Assembly (NCBI GenBank): GCA_040767805.1
Contig: JAXGNU010000003.1
Location: 32,001 to 96,000, forward strand
DNA from: Thermovirgaceae bacterium
GTDB taxonomy: Bacteria; Synergistota; Synergistia; Synergistales; Thermovirgaceae
DNA: 64,000 bases
Reading direction: 5' to 3'
Shown here: positions 48,718 to 59,110 of the stretch, in pieces
Position numbering within the stretch: position 1 is the stretch's first letter
How the letters are laid out: each line of letters begins with the position of its first letter
Notes under the pieces: model-generated
The model's database searches: none
Seen by the model: only the letters and a program-made list of their open reading frames with translations
What the model was told of the DNA's origin: nothing
Translations under genes and position numbers: made by a program

Positions 48718-49607
48718 ACTTTATCCTCCAGCTTCTCACCCATGAGCCCCGTGGGCATGATGAGAAGGATGATGATCAAAAGAATGAAGGCGAAGGCGTC
48801 CCTGAAACCTGCCAGGGAAGGCATGAAGGCCACGATCATGATCTCCATAAGGCCGAGGACCATCCCCCCGATGACCGCTCCCTGAATGGAGCCAATGCCC
48901 CCGAAAACCGCCGCGATGAAAGCCTTGAAACCCGGTATGACGCCCATCACCGGTTGTAGCTGGGGGTACCTCAGGGCCCACATTATCCCTGAAGCGGCCG
49001 CCAGGGCGGAACCCATCCCGAAGGTAAGGGCTATTATCCTGTTCACGGGCACTCCCATGAGGCGGCTCGTCTCGATGTCCCTCGAGATAGCCCTCATGCC
49101 GAGGCCGGGCTTGGTCTTGTACACCACGTAAAGCAGTCCCATCATCAGGACGAAGGATAGCGCCGGGACAACGAGGGTCAGCGGGAGGATCCTCACCTTG
49201 CCGACGATGATCACCTTTACAAGCCATGCCGGGCGCTGCACTTCCCTGGGTATGGCGGAGAAAACGACGATCGCGAAGTTCTGCAGAAAAAAGGAAACCC
49301 CGATAGCGCTTATCAGGGCCGAGATCCTGGGGGCGTTCCGCAAGGGTTTGTAGGCCACCCTGTCAACGATGACCCCGGCGAAAGAGGTCACCACGATGGC
49401 CCCGATGACGGCGATGAACCAGGGAAGGCGGAAAAGGGTCACCCCCCAGAAGACAAAGTAGGCACCCAGCATGAAGATCTCGCCATGGGCGAAGTTGATC
49501 AGCCTCAAGATGCCGTAGACCATGGTGTAACCGATGGCTATGAGGGCGTAGAGGCTCCCGAGGGTGAGTCCGTTTAAAAGGTGCTGGACGAACATAGCCA
49601 GGCTCAT
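48714..49607 (-). CDS. livH: Branched-chain amino acid ABC transporter permease
   Basis: GSLYALIAIGYTMVYG, INFAHGE, GGIGSI. Confidence 0.92.
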   Translation of the reverse strand: MSLAMFVQHLLNGLTLGSLYALIAIGYTMVYGILRLINFAHGEIFMLGAYFVFWGVTLFRLPWFIAVIGAIVVTSFAGVIVDRVAYKPLRNAPRISALISAIGVSFFLQNFAIVVFSAIPREVQRPAWLVKVIIVGKVRILPLTLVVPALSFVLMMGLLYVVYKTKPGLGMRAISRDIETSRLMGVPVNRIIALTFGMGSALAAASGIMWALRYPQLQPVMGVIPGFKAFIAAVFGGIGSIQGAVIGGMVLGLMEIMIVAFMPSLAGFRDAFAFILLIIILLIMPTGLMGEKLEDKV

Positions 49608-49631
49608 GTGTGCTCCCCCTTGCGATCACGT

Positions 49632-49665
49632 AAAAGGCGGGGGAGGGAACTCTTTCCTCCCCCGC
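49632..49665 (-). terminator. Intra-operon hairpin/terminator after the binding-protein gene
   Basis: GCGGGGGAGGAA...TTCCCTCCCCCGC-CTTTT. Confidence 0.6.
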
Positions 49666-49716
49666 GCGAACCGCGACGGCTCTCCCGTGGAGAGCGGCTT
49701 GGATCAAAAGTACAGT

Positions 49717-50955
49717 TTACAGTTCGGGAGTGATCGTTGCAATATACTGCTTCTTGCCATCCTTGATCTGCACGATGCCGATGGGCTTCTCGGCGTCGTG
49801 GGTCTCGTTGATGGTGGTGAGCCCGGTCACACCCTCGAAATCCTTGGTGGCTGCCAGCGCGGCGGTGATCGCTTCAGGGTCGGTGCTGCCGGCCCTCTCG
49901 ATGGCATCGGCGAGGATCATGTAGGAGTCATAACCGAGGGCAGCGTTGACGTTCGGGTCATCGGAGCGCTTGGCCAGCCAGTTGTCGGTAAAACGCCTGG
50001 CGACGGGGTTCATCTCCTTCATCGAAGGATCGTAGGGGAAAGTCGTGTGGACGAACCCCTCGACGGCATCGCCGCCGATCTCGACGATCTTGGGGTTGTC
50101 CATGGCATCCCCGCCCATGATCTGGAAGTCCACGCCCAGTTCCTGGGCCTGCTTCATTATGATGGCTCCCTCGGCGAAGTAAGCCGGGATGAACATGATG
50201 TCGGGTTCCTTGCTGATGATCTCGGTCAACTGTGCGGTGAAGTCCTGGTCGCCGGAGTTGTAATTCAACTTGGCTACGATCTCTCCCCCGAGTTTAAGGA
50301 AGGATTTCTCGAAGAAACCGGCAAGCCCCACTGCATAGTCGTTGGCCACGTCGGTCAGCAGGGCCGCCTTCTTGGCGCCGATGACCTTGTAGGCGTAGGT
50401 GGCGGCTCCAGCTCCCTGGAGGGGGTCGATGAAGCAAACGCGGAAGATGTACTTCTTGCCCTGGGTGACTAGGGGGTTCGTGCAGGAGGTCCCGACCATC
50501 GGGATGCCGGCGCTTTCGGCCACTTCACCGCCGGCCATCGCGAGGGACGACCCGTAGGAACCGATCACGGCCACGACGTTATCCCTTTCGATGAGCCGTT
50601 TCACGGCATTGGCCGACTCCACCTTGTCGGACTTGTTGTCCACGACGCTGAGCTCCACCTTCCTGCCGAGCACCTCGGGCTTCTCCTCATGGGCCATCTT
50701 GACGCCGTCGAGCTCCAGCTGGCCGCCGAAGGCGTTCTGACCGGTCAGGGGAAGGTAGACGCCCACGTGGATCACGCCGCCCTCAACCGCCGCTTGCTCC
50801 TCTTCAGGCTCTTCCGGCTCTTCCGCTGGTTCAGGCGCGGGCGCTTCAGCGGCGGGTTCCGGTGCCGGGGCCTCGGGTGCCTTCTGCCCCTGGATCATCA
50901 TGAACCCTATGACCGCGATCACCACGATCACACCCAATACAAGACCTTTTTTCAC
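49717..50955 (-). CDS. LivK/LivJ-type ABC substrate-binding protein
   Basis: PLTG..A.GG, FRVCFID, DFTAQLT, GVTG; N-terminal anchor and Pro/Ala/Glu linker. Confidence 0.9.
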   Translation of the reverse strand: MKKGLVLGVIVVIAVIGFMMIQGQKAPEAPAPEPAAEAPAPEPAEEPEEPEEEQAAVEGGVIHVGVYLPLTGQNAFGGQLELDGVKMAHEEKPEVLGRKVELSVVDNKSDKVESANAVKRLIERDNVVAVIGSYGSSLAMAGGEVAESAGIPMVGTSCTNPLVTQGKKYIFRVCFIDPLQGAGAATYAYKVIGAKKAALLTDVANDYAVGLAGFFEKSFLKLGGEIVAKLNYNSGDQDFTAQLTEIISKEPDIMFIPAYFAEGAIIMKQAQELGVDFQIMGGDAMDNPKIVEIGGDAVEGFVHTTFPYDPSMKEMNPVARRFTDNWLAKRSDDPNVNAALGYDSYMILADAIERAGSTDPEAITAALAATKDFEGVTGLTTINETHDAEKPIGIVQIKDGKKQYIATITPEL

Positions 50956-51213
50956 TTAAGCTCACCTCCAGATGTATTGTCACCGTAAAACCGATTCTAC
51001 ACGATTCCGGCTTCCAGGGCACCAGGATGCCCCTCACAAAAGGGTCAACCACCTCTCTTCCCACGAAAGGCCGCCCCCGAAGAGGTCAGGCACCGACCCC
51101 TCCGGAAGCGGGTACAGGCTTCACAAAACCCTTGCGCTTAACGCGATCATTATACTCTATCGAAGGAATATTGTACCGAGAGAGTTGACTATCAATGTCT
51201 TTTCTTTGGGTGG

Positions 51214-51684
51214 CTACCGGAAGCCGTTCCGCTCCTCCCGGAGCCTCGAGATCTCCTCCACGAAACGGGAGACGTCGGTGAATTCCCGGTAAACAGAGGC
51301 GAACCTCACGTAAGCCACCTTGTGAATGTCCCGCAATTCCTCCATGGCCAGGGACCCCACGGTCAAACTCGATACCTCCCCCTGGCCGGTCCCTCTCAGG
51401 GCTTCCTCGATCCTGGAAACGGCCTCTTCTATCTGCTCCAGGGGTACAGGCAACTTTTCACAGGCCTTGGCTAACCCCTTGAGCAATTTTTCCCTGTCAA
51501 AAGCTTCCCTTTGGCCGCTCTTCTTGATGATCCAGAGCACGGGGCGGTCCTCGAACCTTTCATAGGTGGTGAAGCGGTACTGGCACCCCGGGCACTCTCT
51601 TCGCCGGCGGATGACCCTCCCCTCACCAGCTGTCCTGGTCTCGAGGACCCTGGTCTCCATCAGGCCGCACTTGGGACAACGCAT
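51214..51684 (-). CDS. nrdR: Transcriptional repressor NrdR
   Basis: MRCPKC, IRRRREC..C..RFTTYE, VAYVRFASVYREF. Confidence 0.96.
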   Translation of the reverse strand: MRCPKCGLMETRVLETRTAGEGRVIRRRRECPGCQYRFTTYERFEDRPVLWIIKKSGQREAFDREKLLKGLAKACEKLPVPLEQIEEAVSRIEEALRGTGQGEVSSLTVGSLAMEELRDIHKVAYVRFASVYREFTDVSRFVEEISRLREERNGFR

Positions 51685-51747
51685 GGCTCGGACCCCCTGT
51701 TTCCGGGTTTTTTTCATTTTATCACGACGACCCGGGGTCTCTACGTC

Positions 51748-51782
51748 AAGAGGGGGCCCCGCCTTGGCCGGGGCCCCCTCTT
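51748..51782. terminator. Strong hairpin downstream of rpsU
   Basis: AAGAGGGGGCCCCG...CGGGGCCCCCTCTT. Confidence 0.65.
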
Positions 51783-51889
51783 CACCTGGGACTATCTTGG
51801 GCTTACTCGATCTTCCGCTTCGTTTCTTAACCGGCGATCCTCCCCCGCCGGGGGTTTACCCTTGGGCCTTCCCCCGGGGGACATCCTCG

Positions 51890-52069
51890 CTATCTTCTTC
51901 TACGTTTTCTTGAAGCGTCCTCTCTCTTTCTTTTCTTGGCCTCACTGGGTTTTTCGTAATGCTTCCGCCTGCGCGCCTCACGCAGTATGCCTCCCTTGGA
52001 TACCTCTCGCTTGAAGCGCTTGAGAGCATCTTCGAGGGATTCGTTGTCGCGTCGAACGACCTGTGTCAT
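51890..52069 (-). CDS. rpsU: 30S ribosomal protein S21 (59 aa; absent from the ORF track)
   Basis: Manual translation [59 protein letters not shown]. Confidence 0.95.
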   Translation of the reverse strand: MTQVVRRDNESLEDALKRFKREVSKGGILREARRRKHYEKPSEAKKRKREDASRKRRRR

Positions 52070-52100
52070 ATGCGTTCCCCCCCTTCTCTCTCACTCGGAG

Positions 52101-52442
52101 CTATCCCGGCGGCCATCCGAAAACCCGTCCGGCGAGCAGGTGGACATGGAGATGGTTCACCGTCTGTCCTGCGTCCGCCCCACAGTTGACCACGAGCCGA
52201 TACCCGCTTTCACGGAGGCCCAGTTCACGGGCAACCCTGACGGCGGCACCCATGATCGGGGACCACACAGCGGGATCTTCGACGTCATCGGCGCACCCCA
52301 CGTGCCGCTTGGGTATCACGAGGAGATGCACCGGCGCCCTGGGGTGGATATCCCGGATCACCATTACGTCATGATCGCTGTAGACGATATCCGCCTTTTC
52401 GTGCCCGTCCACGATCCTGCAGAATGGGCAGACATGGTCCAA
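52101..52442 (-). CDS. Histidine triad (HIT) nucleotide-binding protein
   Basis: CPFCRI, AGQTVNHLHVHLLAG. Confidence 0.93.
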   Translation of the reverse strand: MDHVCPFCRIVDGHEKADIVYSDHDVMVIRDIHPRAPVHLLVIPKRHVGCADDVEDPAVWSPIMGAAVRVARELGLRESGYRLVVNCGADAGQTVNHLHVHLLAGRVFGWPPG

Positions 52443-52518
52443 AGGATCAACTCCCTGCCGATACCCATTGGTCCCCTTTTGCCGGAAGGGACTCGATGAT
52501 ACCTGGTAGCGAATTATA

Positions 52519-53832
52519 TCACACCAACCCGAGAAGGGTCCCTTTTACCGAATCTTTGACCGTCACCGCGGTGACCTCCCCCGGCCGGGAATCCCCGCGG
52601 GCCTCTACCCGCAGGTAATGCCGGGAGAGACCCCCAATTGTCCCTCCTTGGTTCCTCTCCACCAGGACCTCCACTTCCTTGCCGACCCACCGCGTCGAAT
52701 AGAGTCCCAGGAGCTCGGAGCCCACTGCCAGGGCACGGTTCATCCTGGAACGGATCTCGTCGGGGGGAACGGGTTTTTCAAAGCGGGAAGCGGGAGTTCC
52801 CTCCCGGGCTGAAAAGGGGAATGCGTGGAGTTTACCCACCCTCGTCCTCTCTAGCATCTCCAGGGTCGCGCGAAAAGCCTCTTCCCCCTCCCCCGGGAAA
52901 CCGACGATGATATCGGTGCTCAAATGAAGGTCCTCGCCCAGGAAGGACCGGGCCCTCCCGATGAGGGCCACGAACTCTTCCGGCGTGTAACCGCGGTCCA
53001 TCCTTCGCAGAACGTCGGCGTCACCGCTCTGGAGGGGCACATGGAGGTGGGGGCAGAACTGAGGAGTCCCCGCGAGGGCCTCCAGGAGGGGCTCGTCCAG
53101 GCAGAAGGGTTCGATGGAACCGAACCGGATCCTCTTGATCCCTTCGATCCCCGCCGCATTGCGGACGACCTCACCGAGGGAAAGCCCGCGGCCCCTCCCG
53201 AAAAGACCCAGGTTGACCCCGGTGAAGACCACTTCAACGCAGCCGGATGAGGCCAGCATCCGAACCTCCTCCAGTATATCCCCCCCGTTCCTTTCGACGG
53301 GTCTCCCCCTGAGGTCGGGGATGATGCAGTAGGAACAACGGTGGTCGCACCCGTCCTGGATCTTGACGAAGGCCCTTGTCCTGGTCCTGCTGTCCGAAAG
53401 GCAAAGGGGTTCCCACCCAAGATCCCTCTGCACATCCACTCTCTCTACGCGGGGCGGCGCCGTGGGCGGCCCCTGCCCAATCATCTCAGCCACTATCGCC
53501 GGGACCCTGTGTTTGAGCCTGTTCCCCACGAGGCAGTCCACCCCGAGTTCCCGGGCTTCGCCGGGGGAGACCCGCTGGGCCCAGCATCCGGCGGCAACGA
53601 CCAAGGCCCCCGGGTTTTCCCTCCGAAGCCTCCTTATGATCTGCCTGCATTTCCTGTCGGCCTCGGAGGTCACTGAACAGGTGACGACGACGGCGGCGTC
53701 AAAGTCGCCTTGTCGGGGGGTCAAGGCGCCGGCTTCCCTGAAGGAGCATCCCAGGGCTTCCGATTCGAAGAGGTTGGTCCGGCAGCCCATGTGGAGAATC
53801 CGGACCCTGGTACCCTTCAGCCCGTCAATCAT
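52519..53832 (-). CDS. mtaB: tRNA t6A37 methylthiotransferase
   Basis: GCRTN..E, KIQDGCDHRCSYC, TDIIVGFPGE; prmA-rsmE-mtaB context. Confidence 0.9.
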   Translation of the reverse strand: MIDGLKGTRVRILHMGCRTNLFESEALGCSFREAGALTPRQGDFDAAVVVTCSVTSEADRKCRQIIRRLRRENPGALVVAAGCWAQRVSPGEARELGVDCLVGNRLKHRVPAIVAEMIGQGPPTAPPRVERVDVQRDLGWEPLCLSDSRTRTRAFVKIQDGCDHRCSYCIIPDLRGRPVERNGGDILEEVRMLASSGCVEVVFTGVNLGLFGRGRGLSLGEVVRNAAGIEGIKRIRFGSIEPFCLDEPLLEALAGTPQFCPHLHVPLQSGDADVLRRMDRGYTPEEFVALIGRARSFLGEDLHLSTDIIVGFPGEGEEAFRATLEMLERTRVGKLHAFPFSAREGTPASRFEKPVPPDEIRSRMNRALAVGSELLGLYSTRWVGKEVEVLVERNQGGTIGGLSRHYLRVEARGDSRPGEVTAVTVKDSVKGTLLGLV

Positions 53833-54550
53833 CGGACCGCCCGGTCATCATCATGGAAAGGACCGCCACGGCCACCGCCGCCGCCGTGGGGGATCTCATC
53901 ACGTTAGGGCCCAGGCTGACCCTCTGGAAACCATCCTTTTCAAGGATCTCCAGTTCCTCATCGGTCCAGTCACCTTCAGGCCCCACCGCTACGGCGGCTT
54001 CGTCCTGGACCTTCGATGCCAGGGCCGACGGGGCGGGCCCCGTGAAGGCTACATACCGTTGTTGAGGCAGGTCCAGGGAAGGAACGGAAGATACCGGCAT
54101 CGGCTCGCGTATCTCCGGTGGGTCGGCACGGCCGCACTGCTTGGTGGCCTCCATGACGATCCTTTCCCAGCGCTTCATCCTAGGGGGAATCCTTTCAGGG
54201 GTTATGTTCGACACCGAGCGGGAGCAGGTAAGGGGCACGACGACCGAAACGCCGGCCTCCACCGCCTGGGCCAGCAGCCTCTCAAAGGCCTCTCCCTTGA
54301 GAAGGGCCGCCAGCAGCCAGACCTTCCCCCTCGGCCTTTCCGGCGTTTCCCTGAGCACAATTCCCCTGGAGAGGCCGGGGGCGAGTTCCAGCCTCATCAG
54401 CAGCTTTCTCCCCGGGAGCAGCCCCTCGAAAAGGTCTCCCTCCCTACAACGCCTCACGGTGACGAGGTGGTGAGATTCCTCGGGGTCGAGGATCCAGGCG
54501 GAATCACCCTCGGGGACCGACGACTCAAGCCGTACGCGAGGCAGCGACAC
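53825..54550 (-). CDS. rsmE: 16S rRNA m3U1498 methyltransferase
   Basis: HHLVTVRR, EATKQCGR, VGPEGDW, LGPNVMR. Confidence 0.9.
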   Translation of the reverse strand: MSLPRVRLESSVPEGDSAWILDPEESHHLVTVRRCREGDLFEGLLPGRKLLMRLELAPGLSRGIVLRETPERPRGKVWLLAALLKGEAFERLLAQAVEAGVSVVVPLTCSRSVSNITPERIPPRMKRWERIVMEATKQCGRADPPEIREPMPVSSVPSLDLPQQRYVAFTGPAPSALASKVQDEAAVAVGPEGDWTDEELEILEKDGFQRVSLGPNVMRSPTAAAVAVAVLSMMMTGRSDD

Positions 54551-55403
54551 CCCACCAGTCCCCCTTTTCTTTTTCCCCTATCGGGACGAGCCCGCCCGCG
54601 GGGAGGATCTCCAGGAATCTCTCTCTTTCCTTCAGGACTAGGCCGGAGAAGACCGCGATACCCCCTTCAGGCAGTACCTTGGGTATACCCGCCATCATCG
54701 AGGCCAGGGGGTCAAAAACGATATTCGCGCTGACGAGGTCGGCCGTCTCCGAGATTCCCCCGAGGAGGTCCCCGGTGCGGATATCGACTACCCCATCGGG
54801 TATGTCGTTCAGGCGGAGGTTCTCCCTGATCTCGGGGATCACGGCGGGGTCGTTGTCCGTGGCGATGACCCCGGCGGCTCCCATCTTCAGGGACGCCACG
54901 GCCAGGATCCCCGACCCGGTACCCACATCGATGACCTTCATGCCGGGCCTGACCGTATCCTCGAGAAGTTCCAGGGCCGCCTGGGTGCTCTCGTGATAGC
55001 CGGTCCCGAAGGCGCTCCCGGGGTAGATGTAAAGGGGTATTCTCCCCCGGGGTTCCTTCCCCCTGTGCCAGGGGGCCATTACGACGAGAGACCTGCCCAC
55101 CTCTAGGGGGGGAAAGGCCTCCTTCCAGGCCGTGTGCCACTGTCGGTTCTCGATCCGTCCCATGTCCACGATCTTGACCCCGGGCCAGGGACTTATCACG
55201 TCCTGGACCCTCCCTATCCAAAAACCGAGGTCCCTGGTACTGCGGTAGTAGGCCTTCACCGCTATCCTGCCCGGGAGTTCCCTTATTTCCGAACCAATGC
55301 TCCCCGAGAGATCGGCCAGGGCGGACAGATCGTCCTCGTTGCCCTCCTGTCCCTCGAGAGTTACATACCACCAGAACCCTTCGCCGCCCATGGCACTGAA
55401 CAC
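54525..55403 (-). CDS. prmA: Ribosomal protein L11 methyltransferase
   Basis: PGSAFGTGYHEST, DVGTGSGILA; start approximate. Confidence 0.93.
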   Translation of the reverse strand: MFSAMGGEGFWWYVTLEGQEGNEDDLSALADLSGSIGSEIRELPGRIAVKAYYRSTRDLGFWIGRVQDVISPWPGVKIVDMGRIENRQWHTAWKEAFPPLEVGRSLVVMAPWHRGKEPRGRIPLYIYPGSAFGTGYHESTQAALELLEDTVRPGMKVIDVGTGSGILAVASLKMGAAGVIATDNDPAVIPEIRENLRLNDIPDGVVDIRTGDLLGGISETADLVSANIVFDPLASMMAGIPKVLPEGGIAVFSGLVLKERERFLEILPAGGLVPIGEKEKGDWWGVAASRTA

Positions 55404-55489
55404 CTCCGGAATTACCGGCTCTAAAGGAAACGGGAGGCCCTGCCGCCTCCCGTCCCTTCATAGTCTAGCATGACCGGCCCGCCGGGACA

Positions 55490-56605
55490 TCATGAAAAAA
55501 GTTGCTTTATCCGGTCCAGCAAACCGGCGGACTGGACGGGGACACCCATCTCCTGGGCGAGGGCCTCGACGAGGGCCCTCTCCTTTTCGCTGAGGTTCTT
55601 GGGGACATCGATGAAAACGTGGGCGTAAAGGTCGCCCCTCCCCGAGCCCCTGAGCCGGGGCATGCCCTTGCCCCTCACCCGGAAGGTCTTCCCTCCCGGG
55701 GTCCCGGGGGGGATATCGATCGTTTCCGGCTCTTCGAGGCCGGGGACCTCGACCGAGGCGCCGAGCACCACCTGGGGGAACTGCAGGTCAAGCCGCGTGT
55801 GCAGGTCATCCCTGTCCCTCTCGAAGAGGGGGTGTTCCTCGACCTTGATCGTAATGAAAAGATCGCCCGGGGGACCCCCGTGAACCCCTTCCCTTCCCTC
55901 TCCAGCGATACGGAGCCGGGTCCCCGTATCCACGCCGCGGGGGATCTTGACCTCCACGGTACGCCTCGTCCTGACCTTGCCGGACCCGCCGCAGTTCGAG
56001 CAAGCCTTTTCGATCTTCCTGCCCGTGCCGCCGCATTCCCGGCACGGGGTGACGCTGACGAAGGTCCCGAAGGGGGTCCTCTGCTGGGTCTCGACCTGGC
56101 CCGTTCCGTGGCAGGAGGGGCACGCCTTGACCTCCGAACCCGGTTCGGCGCCGGAACCGCCGCATCGCGCGCAGGTCTCCAGTTTCGGGACGGTTATCTC
56201 CCTGGTCACGCCCTTGAAGGCTTCCTCCAGGGTTATGGACAGGTTCATTTCCAGGTTCTCGCCCCTGGCGGGACCTCCCGGAGCACGGCCGGGGCCGAAA
56301 AAGCTGTCGAAAAGATCGCCGAAAATATCTCCGAAAGGACCGAAGCCACCAAAAGGCCCCTCACCGGGGGGTGCGTCCCCGATGGTGCCGTACCGGTCGT
56401 AGGCGGCCCTCTTCTGGGGGTCCTGGAGCACCTCGTAAGCGAGATTTATCTTCTTGAACCTCTCCTCCGCGCCGGGGTCGTCGGGGTTGGCGTCGGGGTG
56501 ATATTGACGGACCAGTTTCCGGTAAGCCTTCTTTATCTCCTCCTGCGAGGCGTCCCGGGAAACCCCCAGGATAGCGTACAGGTCCCGGCTGTCCTCAGAG
56601 GGCAC
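55490..56605 (-). CDS. dnaJ: Chaperone DnaJ
   Basis: HPD J-domain, four CxxCxGxG repeats. Confidence 0.97.
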   Translation of the reverse strand: MPSEDSRDLYAILGVSRDASQEEIKKAYRKLVRQYHPDANPDDPGAEERFKKINLAYEVLQDPQKRAAYDRYGTIGDAPPGEGPFGGFGPFGDIFGDLFDSFFGPGRAPGGPARGENLEMNLSITLEEAFKGVTREITVPKLETCARCGGSGAEPGSEVKACPSCHGTGQVETQQRTPFGTFVSVTPCRECGGTGRKIEKACSNCGGSGKVRTRRTVEVKIPRGVDTGTRLRIAGEGREGVHGGPPGDLFITIKVEEHPLFERDRDDLHTRLDLQFPQVVLGASVEVPGLEEPETIDIPPGTPGGKTFRVRGKGMPRLRGSGRGDLYAHVFIDVPKNLSEKERALVEALAQEMGVPVQSAGLLDRIKQLFS

Positions 56606-56618
56606 CTATTTTCACTCC

Positions 56619-58445
56619 CTAGGACTGTCCGTTCTCTTCGAATTCGGCGTCGACCGTGTCGCCGTCGGTAGCCGGCTCGGAAGGCTCCTGGTGGGCCTCC
56701 TGCTGCCCCGCGGCCTGATCGTAAAGTCGGGCGGACAACTCGTGAAGGCTCTTCGTCAGTGTGTCACAGGCTTGGCGGATCTCCCCGGGGTCATCACCGG
56801 CCAGTTTGCCCCGGAGATGGTCGATCTCTTCCCTGACCCGGGCCTTTTCGGCCTCGGTCGCCCTGTCGCCGAGGTCGGAGAGGGTCTTCTCCGTGCTGTA
56901 TATAAGCGAATCCCCCTCGTTACGGGCATCAGCCAGTTCCTTCCTCTTCCGGTCGCTTTCAAGGTTTTCCTCGGCGGCGCGGCGCATTTTCTCGATCTCG
57001 GCCTCGGTGAGCCTCGAGGACTGGATGGTGACATGCTGCTCCCGGGAGGTCCCCTTGTCCCTGGCGCTCACGTTCAGGATCCCGTTCACGTCGATATCAA
57101 AGGTGACCTCTATCTGGGGCACCCCCCGCGGCGCGGGCGGGATCCCGTCGAGAAAGAACTTGCCCAGGGTGACGTTATCGGCCGCCATGGAACGCTCCCC
57201 CTGGAGAACGTGGATCTCCACCTGGGGCTGGTTGTCCGAAGCCGTGGAGAAGACCTGGCTTTTCGAGGCGGGTATGGCCGTGTTCCTGTCCAGTATCTTG
57301 GTGAAGACGCCTCCCAGCGTCTCAATGCCCAATGAGAGGGGCGTCACGTCCACCAGGATTATGTCCTTGTGCTCGCCCGTGAGGATAGCGGCCTGGATCG
57401 CCGCCCCGACGGCGACGCACTCGTCGGGGTTAATCCCCTTCGTGGGTTCCTTCCCCAGGAGTTCCACGATCTTCCTCTGCACCATGGGCATCCTGGTGGC
57501 CCCGCCCACGAGGAGCACCTTGTGGATCTCTTCCCTGGTCAGCCCGGAATCGTTCATGGCCCTCCGGGTAGGCTCCACGACCTTCTCGAGCAGGGGCCGC
57601 GTGATCTCCTCGAAACGAGCCCTGGTCAGGTTCAGCTCCAGGTGCTTGGGTCCGGTGCTGTCGGCGGTGATGAAGGGCAGAGAAATAGAGGTCTCCGCCA
57701 TGGAGGAGAGTTCCACCTTGGCCTTCTCGGCGGCTTCCCGGAGGCGCTGCAGCGCCATCTTGTCCCTGGAGAGGTCGATACCCTCGTTTTTCTTGAACTC
57801 CGACACCATCAGGTCGACGATCTTCTGGTCCCAGTCATCCCCGCCAAGGTGGTTGTCCCCCGAGGTCGCCAACACCTCGATGACCCCGTCCTCGATGCCC
57901 ACGTCGAGGACCGACACGTCGAAGGTACCCCCGCCGAGGTCGAAGACCAGGATCTTGTTCTCGCCGCCCTTGTCCATCCCGTAGGCCAGGGCCGCCGCGG
58001 TGGGTTCGTTTATGATCCTCAGCACCTCGAGACCCGCTATCTTTCCTGCGTCCTTCGTGGCCTGCCGCTGGGCATCGGTGAAGTAGGCCGGCACGGTAAT
58101 GACGGCCTGGGTGACCTTCTCCCCCAGGTATTCCTCGGCGTCCCGCCTGAGCTTCTGAAGTATCATGGCCGATATCTGCTGCGGGGTCTGCGAGGCACCG
58201 TCGATCTCGATCCTGAAGTCGGAGCCCATCTTTCTCTTTATGGAGGAGATCGTCCTCTCGGGATTGACGATGGCCTGTCTTTTCGCCAACTGGCCGACGA
58301 GCCTGTCCTTGTCCTTCGTGAAGGCCACCACCGAAGGCGTGGTCCTGGAGCCCTCGGCGTTGGTTATTACCGTTATGTGGTCGCCCTCCTTGACGGCCAC
58401 GCAGCTGTTAGTCGTTCCGAAATCGATACCGATGACTTTCCCCAT
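56619..58445 (-). CDS. dnaK: Chaperone DnaK
   Basis: [32 protein letters not shown]. Confidence 0.98.
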   Translation of the reverse strand: MGKVIGIDFGTTNSCVAVKEGDHITVITNAEGSRTTPSVVAFTKDKDRLVGQLAKRQAIVNPERTISSIKRKMGSDFRIEIDGASQTPQQISAMILQKLRRDAEEYLGEKVTQAVITVPAYFTDAQRQATKDAGKIAGLEVLRIINEPTAAALAYGMDKGGENKILVFDLGGGTFDVSVLDVGIEDGVIEVLATSGDNHLGGDDWDQKIVDLMVSEFKKNEGIDLSRDKMALQRLREAAEKAKVELSSMAETSISLPFITADSTGPKHLELNLTRARFEEITRPLLEKVVEPTRRAMNDSGLTREEIHKVLLVGGATRMPMVQRKIVELLGKEPTKGINPDECVAVGAAIQAAILTGEHKDIILVDVTPLSLGIETLGGVFTKILDRNTAIPASKSQVFSTASDNQPQVEIHVLQGERSMAADNVTLGKFFLDGIPPAPRGVPQIEVTFDIDVNGILNVSARDKGTSREQHVTIQSSRLTEAEIEKMRRAAEENLESDRKRKELADARNEGDSLIYSTEKTLSDLGDRATEAEKARVREEIDHLRGKLAGDDPGEIRQACDTLTKSLHELSARLYDQAAGQQEAHQEPSEPATDGDTVDAEFEENGQS

Positions 58446-58498
58446 TCAGCATTCACCCCGCACTGATTTAAAGTTCGAACATCCTCGGCTGCGCCGCC

Positions 58499-59110
58499 TC
58501 AATGGGAGCCCTTGGCCACCTTGACGCGGGCGGCCCTGAGCACCTTGCCGGAGATGGTATACCCCCTTTGGACCTCCTCGGTGATGATCCCGTCACCGAC
58601 CTCTTCCCCGGCCTCCTCCACCGCCACGGCCTCGTGGATGGATGGGTCAAAGGGCTTCCCCACCGTTTCGATGGCGGAAACACCCAGGTCCTCCAGGACC
58701 GAAAAGAACTGGTCCCTTACCATCCCCACTCCCTTGACGTAAGACTCGACGTCGGACCGGTTGCCCGATAACGCCCTCTCCAGGTTATCGAGGACTGGGA
58801 TCAGGGCGGCGGCGGCATCTTCACCGGCCATGGACCTGAGCTTCCTCTGTTCGCGCTCGACCCTCTGGCGGTAGTTGAAAAAATCCGCCCTTGCCCTCGC
58901 TATGGCATCGCCCAGGGCCTTGTTCTCCTCGCTGAGCCGCTCCACGAGGGCCTTGGCCGACCCAAGTTCTGAAAGCAACCCTTCATTGTCGGACGACCCC
59001 TCGTCGTGGGATTCTTTTTCGAGAGTGGCCTCAAGCCCGCCCACCCCGCCATCGCCTCGAGGTGCATCTTCGGGGTTACCCTGTTGTCTTTTCCCCTTGG
59101 GTACTATCAT
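58499..59110 (-). CDS. grpE: Nucleotide exchange factor GrpE
   Basis: ADFFNYRQR, PVLDNLERAL, FDPSIHEA, RGY...LRAARVKV. Confidence 0.95.
   Translation of the reverse strand: MIVPKGKRQQGNPEDAPRGDGGVGGLEATLEKESHDEGSSDNEGLLSELGSAKALVERLSEENKALGDAIARARADFFNYRQRVEREQRKLRSMAGEDAAAALIPVLDNLERALSGNRSDVESYVKGVGMVRDQFFSVLEDLGVSAIETVGKPFDPSIHEAVAVEEAGEEVGDGIITEEVQRGYTISGKVLRAARVKVAKGSH

Noticed and set aside
53363..54733. 456-aa plus-strand ORF
   Set aside because: Antisense to mtaB and rsmE; low-complexity Arg/Pro/Gly content.
57369..58466. Long plus-strand ORFs opposite dnaK and dnaJ (also 55502-56671 and 56761-57984)
   Set aside because: Antisense ORFs opposite dnaK/dnaJ are a well-known artefact; no independent evidence of expression.
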